DNA from: Octopus bimaculoides
Taxonomy: Eukaryota
Direction: 5' to 3'
NCBI RefSeq assembly: GCF_001194135.2
Contig: NC_068993.1
Location: 26,484,781 to 26,545,554, forward strand
DNA length: 60,774 nucleotides
Below, one piece after another: positions 51,400 to 60,774 of this stretch. Positions within the stretch are counted from its first letter, which is position 1. Each line of letters starts with the position of its first letter. The notes below the pieces were generated by a model. That model was not told where the DNA came from. It searched no databases and saw only the letters and a program-made list of their open reading frames with translations. A program made the position numbers and the translations under genes.

Positions 51400-52014
51400 A
51401 AGTTATTTTTAAATATATTTGTTTCAATTAGTTTCTCTCTCTCCTCTCTCTCTCCCTCCCTGAGTGTGTATGAGTGTCTAGCAGTGGAAACTGCTTTTAA
51501 AGTGCTTCAGCTATTACTGACCACCACAATGTTTGTCTCCATCACTATTGAAATGTTGGTTGACTAGTAGGGCAAATTTATTTTGTGTGAATCAGCAAAT
51601 ACGAGCCTTAGTTTTTGAATGATTTTTACCTACCATTCTTCTTTCCCCTGGGTGCATCATTGCAAATACTAGGAGGGGTTATTAACCTTCATCTCACTTG
51701 TATGCTGAGTCCCCTTTTATATCTTTGCATTTGGGTAGTTCATTTAAACTATATTTTCAAAATGTCAATTGTTATTTTCATTAAAATGACAGCTGATAGA
51801 AACTAAGTTCTACAAAGTTGTCCCCTTCCTCGTTATGTTCTGAGTTTAAGCCTTGCTCAGATCAATCTTGTCATCATTCTGGGATGAAGAAAATAAGTAA
51901 CTCCAACATTTCTGGCCTTGTATCAATACAGAAATCATTAAGATGAAGTGGCAGAAACAGTGTAGTGCCTTGTGGTATTTAGTTACATATCTTTGCTGTT
52001 TGTCCTTTATGGTT

Positions 52015-52020
52015 AATAAA
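52015..52020 (+). terminator. Candidate proximal polyadenylation signal AATAAA
   Basis: First AATAAA I noted downstream of the stop (about 0.6 kb). Confidence 0.35.
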
Positions 52021-52380
52021 AACCAGTTTTACTGGAAGTTGTTTAACTATAACCATTTTTCTACAAATCAACGGCCTTGTGTCAATCTAAGGAGTGACCA
52101 TTATTAAAATATCAATTTCTACACTTGGCATTTATTTTATTTTCCATAATTTATCAAGAAAAATATATTTAAAAAGATCTTATCCTTATTTTAATTTTAT
52201 TTTTTAATTAATTTATGGAATTAGACAACCACCACTTATCTCTTCCCTACCCATTTCTAAAGGCTCAATTTGAAATTCCTATTTTTGGTGCTCTGGTGGC
52301 TGCTAAGTTTCCATAAATTGCCCATTCACTGTTACCATTCCAGGCAGCTGTAAAAGATAAACACAAAAAATCAGTAGATC

Positions 52381-52388
52381 TATATATA

Positions 52389-52455
<67 letters not shown>

Positions 52456-52479
52456 NNNNNNNNNNTACATATATATATA

Positions 52480-52523
<44 letters not shown>

Positions 52524-52650
52524 TGTGTATATATATACATATGTGTGTGTGTGTATATATATATATATGTGTATATATATACATATATGTGTGTGTGTAT
52601 ATATATATATGTGTATATATATACATATATGTGTGTATATATATATATTT
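52381..52650. repeat. Compound TA/TG microsatellite with higher-order periodicity
   Basis: Repeated blocks (TA)nTGTG(TA)nCATATA(TG)n. Confidence 0.9.
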
Positions 52651-55600
52651 CATAATTATTTTGTGTGTATGTTTGTATGAACCATTTTAACTTTGACTCA
52701 CTTAAATCTTGGGTAGGTTGGGCTTCTTAGCCATAGAAACAACCTTCCAGCCCTCATTTCAGACATTTCCCTTGGGGCATGAACACCTTTTTGCTTAAGA
52801 ATTGCTTTGCGACTCAGACAACCAAAATAAATACAAAAGAAACAAACAATAAAACAACATACAGGGTGTCAAATTTTAATGTATTTCAGTTTTGACCATT
52901 TGATTTGGAGCTTTCATACACAACTGGTTCCTTTCCAAAAGTTTGTGCTGTTGCCTTTAGGTCAGGTGCCACCGTCCTTCACTTTTTTTAATGCAACTGT
53001 AAATAATTTAATCATAATCATTTGGTTCTGAAAAGACCATTGATGAGTCACTGGAGCTCAAGTGATCTTTAGACATGTGTTTCTAAAGGTTGCTAATAGT
53101 ATACTGCCTTCATTGAATCACACCATGTCAATGTGACTGGTATGTATGGTATACATAGCTTAATCTGAAATCTGAGAAGTTTATCAAATTGATTTGCAAA
53201 ATGGCTCCAAAATCTGAGTTTGTCCATTGATATATGGCCTTTGTATGTGTGTGATGATTTTTTTAGTGGGATAAATGTGTTTAGCAATTTCCTTTTAAAA
53301 TATTCTTTAGTGAGAAGTATAGTTTTGTATTATTTTTTTTTTTAAGTAGTTTCAAATAATGTTTGCCTTAAAAATGAAAGAATCAAATGAGGTGAAGTGG
53401 ACCTTAAATTTCAAAAAAGTAATAATGAAACAAGATCATGTTAAAAAAAGTTAGGTTTTGATATTTTTAAAAATTTTCCTCTATTGTTTAAAATATATTT
53501 GAAGAAATAATTTGTTTCCACCATTGTTTCCTGGATGCTCACATAACCCTATCCAACTTTACCTTGGGCTTAGTATATTAAAGCAAATATGGCAAACGAA
53601 ATAAATAGTTTCAAAATTTTCAGCCTGCCTATTTGGAACTTTGTGGATGCCAATATTTATAAATGCTCTACTACAAGTTTCCGTCCCCATGACTCTTAAA
53701 ATAGACCGTCCTCTCTTTAAACCTGTCTATAATAATATTGTTTCAACCATCTTTATTTTGCATCAGTTGTAATGTTCTCGGGGTGCCAACTTTGCAAAAA
53801 ACTTGTCGAGACTACTATTTTGTTAGTTTATTCAAAGAACTCATAAATTGAAATGCAAATCCTCATTACTGTCAAAGAGGAGCTTACAAAGATCATTTTT
53901 GCTTGGTTTTTACTTTTACTAATACATTTTTTAACACCTTTATACTCCATTTGCATCCATACTATTATTTGGCTTGGGTTGGATATTCATGCAAATAGTC
54001 ATTTGCACAAATTAGTGTTAACTGTTTTAACACAAATGCATGTCTTCCTTTTCATGGAAACCTGTTGTAATATTTACCTTTTGAATAGTTGGTTTATAGT
54101 TTTTGGTCAAAGTTCTCTGCTATTTAAGTCATATCCTCTGAAGGCACTCATGGAATAATTTTGTCTGATTTTGTGTAAGCATTTAAAACCTTTCTTCCCT
54201 CATCTCCAAAGTCCCTCTTCACAGCTCTGTTGTTTTGTATTCAAATGATTAAAGTTCTTTGAATTCTTTTGGTGCTGTTATAGAAAGTTTAGAATTCAAG
54301 TACTGGATAAAAATGGAAAAAAAGAGTCACAAAATTTTCTCTTTGAGATTCAAATATGATTGGTGCCTTTATTTACTGAAACTTAGAAAAAACAAAAAAA
54401 CACTCATTGAATGCTGTGCAAAAATATTTAAAAAATTGTTTGGAATTCTTCACTATAAGTGCCTTGTGTATAATTTGTATGTGTGTGTTTGTAATTTATA
54501 TTTTTTTCTTATGTTGTCATAGTGCCAAAGAATGGTCTTTGGGTTTGCTTATGCCATATTCCTGGCAATAATGTCTGTTAATTATCTCAACAATTTCCTT
54601 TACCAGCAATTACATGCTGTAGAGTGAAAATAGGTTTTGTTCAACAGGAATATGCAGACGTGAAGAGTTTGAGATGTCAACTATCATGTGATCTATGTGT
54701 TTGTATATATATGAGTGTGTGTACAGACACACATACACGCACACACTTGAGTAAGAGCATAACTAAAGAAATATAGCATATTCCAAGTAGTTGTATGTAA
54801 TTGATTCTGTAAATCTTTTTCATTCTCACACATATGTACACATAAATACATATATATATACTCGTATATACACATAAATATGCACAGGTATATATTTGTA
54901 TATGATTGTATCTATGTTTCTGTACACACACACACACACACACAACATCATCATCATCATCATCACAAGTTTCTTGAGAAATTCCATTTTACTATGAATT
55001 TTTTTTAATATATATTTCAGTAGAGACAAGTCCAAATATACATCCTTATGGTGCCTTCCCAACCCATTCTGCCAATTATTATATTACCATTCCAAAATAT
55101 TTTTTTATCAAAAACAATTTTTTTTTTTTTTCCTGACCCTATCAGCTTTTTCAATAATTAGAATGATATAACCTCCCCAGTTGCACAGTGCTGAAGCATT
55201 CCAGTCTTCTATCATTCCATTTGTTTCCTACCTTACTATATTCTTAATAAAAGAAATATATTCAACATTGTGTGAAAATGGCATGTATTTTTCAATTTAT
55301 TATTATTACATGCAATATTATAGCACATGTGAGTGCCATGAAGTAGGTTGTAAGCTCATGTGAGCTGAGTCTACAGCTCTTGTATTGATTCCCGGTTGGA
55401 ACTATTTCACTTATACTGTCACTAATACCCTTGGGAAAGGCATGACTGTCAAAACTTCCCATTTCCATCTCCTATATTAAGAAACTTTATTATTCTTATG
55501 CTTTGGTTTGTAGTTGCCAAATTTATATTCTAATATATCAAGAAACTTGCTGATTTCTAAACGAGGGCAGAGGTGCTGTGATACATAGATGCCTATAAAA

Positions 55601-56760
55601 GTGTTGTTGAACACATAATCCAGTTTATTTTTTTTATTTTCATTTTTTTGTTTTCCTTGTTTTAAATTCCTTGTTCCTCAGTGCTGTGAATATCTGCAGG
55701 AATATTATTAGCATGGTGTGTGTTGTGGTGTTAATCATTTCACAAATAAACTGTTGGATTTTGAGTTTTTAGAATTATAGCCAATAGTTTAATTTTTTTG
55801 CTGGCCATTTTTGTGTTGTGTAACCTATGCAGGATTTTATGGTGATAGTAAATATAAACAATTTAAAAGAAACTATTAAAGAGAAAGCTTTTCATACCAA
55901 CAAGTTCTCTTTACAATTGTTTATTTTTTGGTTGAATTTTATCTACAAAGTGGATGGCCTCCCCCACCTCAAAGATTTGGTGTGCGATTGTAGCTTTTTC
56001 TGCTTAATCTGTTAATATTACTTCTACTAATAATAATTATAACAACACCACCCTCTCAGGCAACTGTGAAAGTACAGGTTCCATTTTTTTTTTAAAGGAG
56101 AACTATTAGAACCAACCCATAGCTTTTTTTTTTTAAGTTATAGCTCAGATCACTTAATGTTATTTATTTTTTTAAAATATTTCTGACTTTATAATCATTT
56201 TTCATTTCTAAAGTAATCTCTTAACCTTAGTTGTAATCTTAATTCTGCTGTATTCTACTCAATCCCTTAAATCATTGACACATACACACACGCATACATG
56301 CAGACACATACCGTCATATACCTATCCCAGCCTTCTCATAATTTTTGAAAGGGCTTCTAACCCTTATTACTTAAAAAGCTCATCGTAGCAATTTAGTTTT
56401 ATTTTTTTTTAATATTTCCCTAGCTTGTAATGTTGGAACCTTGCCCTGCCCTAGTGGGGCTAACTTAGGATTACAACCCTATTACTAGTTATGCCACTAA
56501 AGTTATATTGTAAAGTTAGCTTGTTGTCTGGGTGTGTTATTCACTTCTTTGCCCCACCCCTTTCCAGTTACCTGTTTTTGACAATACCTGTTTCTCAATC
56601 TACAATGTTTTCCCTCTCCAATTTCACCTAGCTTGTTATGTGGACCACAAACAATATTTGTGAAAAAAAATTAAAAATTAATAACACAAAAATAAGATTT
56701 AAAAAAAAAAAGAGAAATATTGCTAAGTTGCTATTGATAATGTTTTTAATTAAATAGTTT

Positions 56761-56850
56761 AATAAAAATAAATAAAATAAACACCAATACAAAAGTGTTA
56801 ATGTTTTTGATTTCTCTGAAATATAAAAAAATTTTTTTTTTTTAATGTTT
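56761..56850 (+). terminator. Candidate distal polyadenylation region
   Basis: Clustered AATAAA (56761, 56771, 56776) followed by GT/T-rich sequence, just before the TE-dense region begins. Confidence 0.4.
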
Positions 56851-57004
56851 GTATAGTATTTGCTTAGGTTTTACGTGAGAAATAGTTGTGTTTTATGTAT
56901 GTCAGTGTTGTGTGTGTTCTTTCTTACTTGTTACAGCAATTGAGATGTTACCCTGTTGATCTCCCTCTCTTTTCTGTATTTGTGTGTGAAAAGTATTCTA
57001 CAGT

Positions 57005-57335
57005 AGAGGCATGGTTGTGTAGTGAAGAAGTCTGCTTCTCAACCACATGGTTTCAGATTCAGCCCTGCTGCTTGGCACCTTAGGCAAGTGTCTTCTATTA
57101 TACTCTCGGGCTGACCAAAGCCATGTGTGTGGATTTGGTAGATGGAAACTGAAAGAAGCCAATCGTGTCTGTATTTACATCTCTGTAACTTGACAGTTTG
57201 TCAGAAGAAACCGATAGAATAAGGACCAGGCTTTTAAGAAGTATTCAGGTCGATTCATTTGGTTAAAGATTTTTTCAAGGCGGTGCTCCAGCATGGCCAC
57301 AAGTCTAATAATGACTGAAACAGGTAAAAGAAAAA
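57005..57335 (+). mobile_element. SINE family A
   Basis: Head, body and tail match other copies. Confidence 0.85.
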
Positions 57336-57365
57336 TTCAATAATGCATGACATTAACAAATTCAG

Positions 57366-58417
57366 GTAGTCGATAGCTTCCGCTATCTGGGCGACCAAGT
57401 TAGTAGTGGGGGTGGGTGCGCTGAAAGTGTAGCTGCTAGAATAAGAATAGCCTGGGCAAAGTTTAGAGAGCTCTTACCCTTGCTGGCGACAAAGGGACTC
57501 TCACTCAGAGTAAAAGGCAGACTGTATGACGCATGCGTACGAACAACCATGCTACATGGCAGTGAAACATGGGCTGTAACTGCTGAGGACATACGTAAGC
57601 TCGCAAGGAATGAAGCCAGTATGCTCCGTTGGATGTGTAATGTCAATGTGAATACCCGTCAGAGTGTAAGTATCTTNNNNNNNNNNNNNNNNNNNNNNNN
57701 NNNNNNNNNNNNNNNNNNNNNNNNNNNNNNNNNNNNNNNNNNNNNNNNNNNNNNNNNNNNNNNNNNNNNNNNNNNNNNNNNNNNNNNNNNNNNNNNNNNN
57801 NNNNNNNNNNNNNNNNNNNNNNNNNNNNNNNNNNNNNNNNNNNNNNNNNNNNNNNNNNNNNNNNNNNNNNNNNNNNNNNNNNNNNNNNNNNNNNNNNNNN
57901 NNNNNNNNNNNNNNNNNNNNNNNNNNNNNNNNNNNNNNNNNNNNNNNNNNNNNNNNNNNNNNNNNNNNNNNNNNNNNNNNNNNNNNNNNNNNNNNNNNNN
58001 NNNNNNNNNNNNNNNNNNNNNNNNNNNNNNNNNNNNNNNNNNNNNNNNNNNNNNNNNNNNNNNNNNNNNNNNNNNNNNNNNNNNNNNNNNNNNNNNNNNN
58101 NNNNNNNNNNNNNNNNNNNNNNNNNNNNNNNNNNNNNNNNNNNNNNNNNNNNNNNNNNNNNNNNNNNNNNNNNNNNNNNNNNNNNNNNNNNNNNNNNNNN
58201 NNNNNNNNNNNNNNNNNNNNNNNNNNNNNNNNNNGACACGTAAAAGCACCCACTACACTCTCTGAGTGGTTGGCGTTAGGAAGGGCATCCAGCTGTAGAA
58301 ACTCTGCCAAATCAGACTGGAGCCTGGTGTTGCCATCCGGTTTCACCAGTCCTCAGTCAAATCGTCCAACCCATGCTAGCATGGAAAGCGGACGTTAAAC
58401 GATGATGATGATGATGA
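57366..58417 (+). mobile_element. RTE LINE, 5'-truncated, same family as 21146-23360, gap inside
   Basis: VVDSFRYLGDQVSSGGGC..LYDACVRTTMLHGSETWA..MLRWMC; 3' UTR and (GAT)n tail near-identical to the reverse complement of 21146-21300. Confidence 0.92.
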
Positions 58418-58559
58418 CTTCGTTATCAAAAGGATCTGAATTCAATCAGGGTCTGCTAATACAAGCTTGTAGAATCTTTAGAGTGCCTGAGAGATTCTCT
58501 TAGAGTATTTAGTTCGTATCTTGGGATTAACTAACCGTGGTTTCTTCAAGGACTTTGTT

Positions 58560-58745
58560 TTATCTTTTACTTGACTAGCCATGCTGGAGCATTTTCTTGA
58601 AGGGTTTTGGTCCAACAGATCAACCCCCCCCCCCCGGTACTTGTGTGTTTTTTTCCTGCTTTTTTAAGTCTGGTGCTTATTCTGTCAGCCTCTTGGTGAA
58701 GATTTGTGTTATGGGTCGTAAACAAACCTACACACCAGTTGTCAT
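58560..58745 (-). mobile_element. SINE family A, 3' part
   Basis: GCCATGCTGGAGCA..CTTATTCTGTC..AAACAAACCTACACACCAGTTGTC. Confidence 0.65.
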
Positions 58746-58787
58746 GAAGTGAAAGGGAACACACGTGTGTGTATACATACATATATA

Positions 58788-59545
58788 TGGTGCGGTGAAT
58801 AAATTGTCATCTAAATTACGCAAAAGTGAAAATAACTGTAGCATCTCATTTTAACAAATATGTTTACCAAAACTACTTAAAAATATCTTGAAATACTAAA
58901 AAGTAAATCTATTCGATAAAATCACCATTGGCTTCAACCACGGCCTCCAGATGACTAAGTTGGTGAATGCTGCCATAATCCTTGCCTTCAGTTCATCTTA
59001 GGTGTTATAAGGAGTTTTGTTGGTCTCTCGAACAGCTGTGCTCCATACCTAATATTCAATCGGGTTGCAGTCTGGGGAGTTAGGGGTGATGTGATTGCAG
59101 AAATTGTCTGGCAGCCATGACTGGGTTCTTCTACTTGTGTGGCATGGTGCAGCCCTGTTGCCAGATGTAGGGACTTCCAGCAGCCACCCTCTTAATCGAG
59201 GGCAGCACTACCTTCTCCAAGCACTTGATGTGGGCCTCTGTGTTGACTCTGAGGTTGTGTGGGAAGATGAATGGAGGCATAATGTTACCATTACTAGTGA
59301 TCACTCCAGGCACCATGATGTTTGATTTTTATCATTCTCGGTGCATGTCCTCAGATGGACACCCAAACACTCGGAAATGTTCATATTGAGGCTTCTGGCA
59401 GAGTGAATTGCATCATGGTACTGTTTTTTTTCTCACAGGCAGTGCCCAATTAACCCTACTATACTGTGTAGTCGACAAAATAAAAAACAAACAGTGCACG
59501 AAAAGGAAAAATATAAAATGGTGACAATTTACACATTGCACCCTT
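58788..59545 (-). mobile_element. maT/DD37D-like Tc1/mariner transposon, internally deleted
   Basis: MVPGVITSNGNIMPPFIFPHNLRVNTEAHIKCLEKVVLP..PYIWQQ; NSPDCNPIEY*VW; LEAVVEANGDFIE*; imperfect TIRs GGTGCGGTGAATAAATTGTCA / TGACAATTTACACATTGCACC. Confidence 0.82.
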
Positions 59546-59699
59546 TATGTGTACAGGTTTTTTTCATTCTCTCTCTATTTATTTCCTCTTATTCCTTTCT
59601 GTCAAAGAGCATAGGTTTGAAACGTAAAGGGCTTACATTTTTGCCGTGTGTCAAAGTAATACACTTGCTTGTTGTTCCTGTATATATACATATATAATA

Positions 59700-60345
59700 A
59701 TCGTCGTTTAACGTCCACTTTCCATGCTGGCATGAGTTGGATGATTTGACTAAGGGCTGGCATGCGAGAAGGTTGCACCAGGTTCCAATCCGATCTGGCA
59801 CGGTTTCTACAGTTGGATGCCCTTCCTAACGCCAACCTCTCTGAGAGTGTAGTGGATGCTTTTTACATGCCACCGGCATGAGGGCCACTCAGGCGGTACT
59901 GGAATCGACCACGCTCAAATGGTGCTTTTAATGTGCCGCTGGCTTGCGTGCCAATCAGGCGGTACTGTCATCGGCCACAACAGCGGTTTCAATTGCCTTA
60001 ACAGGTCTTTGAAAGTGCAGATTATTGCCCAATGATTGAAGGGTACTCTTACATGGGCTGGTTATGCTGCATTGGCATAGGCGACGGTCATGGTATTAGT
60101 TGGCTTGCCGGTCCTTCTCAAGTACAGTCTATTTCCAAACGTTTCCGTGACGCCCATTGTTCAGAGGATGCTTCACCACCTCATCCCAGGTCTTCTTGGG
60201 TCTACCTCTCACTCAGGTTCCCTGTAATACTGGAGTCTCACACTTTTTCACACAGCTGTCCTCGTCCCTTTGCAACACATGACCATACCAATGTCTTGCA
60301 CACCCCCCTCTGATGCTACTTAGGTCCAGGTTTTCTCTCAGAGTG
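59700..60345 (-). mobile_element. RTE LINE 3' end, divergent subfamily
   Basis: + strand CGTTTAACGTCCACTTTCCATGCTGGCATG..GGATGCCCTTCCTAACGCCAACC matches the 21146 3' UTR; C-terminal coding remnant (RWYGHV..GRPKKTWDEVV on -). Confidence 0.85.
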
Positions 60346-60774
60346 CTTCTATTTATGTATATATATTTTTATATATATATATATAGAAATATATTAATAG
60401 CTTATATATTTATATATATATGTATTTATAAGTCAGTAAATAGTGGGGTTGTGTTAACCGCACGTGGAGAAATAATAGGAAAATGTAAAAAAGCCAGAAT
60501 GCTGAACTGGGAGCATAATTTAATTAAGATTTTTCCTAACCGGTTTTCATTGCGATGAAGCAAATTATCAAGAAGGAGAATGAAAATGTGAAGTACAAAA
60601 AAGTACAAAATGAAGAAAATAATATATAAAACAATAATATATAAAAAAAATAAATATACCCATACATTATATTGTCTTTGAGCTTTTGTAGTTCAATAGT
60701 AGTTCATGTATAAATTGGTAGGAAAAATAAGGATGCATGAGAGTTGAGTTTTGTTAGGTTTAAAAAAAGGGTTA

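Noticed and set aside
912-60608. Dozens of ORFs rich in [10 protein letters not shown] or X
   Set aside because: They are translations of (TA)n, (TG)n and (CA)n microsatellites and N-gaps; there is no coding signal.
1-60774. CRISPR arrays, rRNA or bona fide tRNA genes
   Set aside because: None seen. tRNA-like A/B boxes belong to SINE heads, and the tandem repeats lack unique spacers.

Overview
AT-rich, microsatellite-dense eukaryotic DNA with about ten N-gaps (largest about 39144-39556, 41134-41445 and 57677-58234). The repeat content and (TA)n/(CA)n load are most consistent with an octopus or other coleoid cephalopod genome (inference). The only well-supported host gene is a + strand C2H2 zinc-finger gene. 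Its whole CDS (49006-51399, 797 aa, 14 fingers in 10+4 clusters) appears to sit in one terminal exon, preceded by a CpG-depleted, TE-littered region of about 36 kb that is probably its 5' introns. The rest is decayed mobile DNA: CR1/L2-like, RTE and L1/Tx1-like LINEs, Penelope-like elements (PLEs), mariner, Tc1 and maT transposons, TTAA-flanked piggyBac-like MITEs and two tRNA-derived SINE families. Most of the supplied short ORFs are microsatellite, gap or TE artefacts. The most interesting signals are: an intact minimal type-I hammerhead ribozyme at 956-1045, plus three more hammerhead-like cores (two inside fold-backs); a C4HC3 PHD-type finger inserted inside the RT domain of an RTE LINE; two zinc-finger clusters with matching recognition helices behind an unassigned N-terminal domain; a junction-created uORF ending 1 nt before the main ATG; and a mariner built from two left ends.
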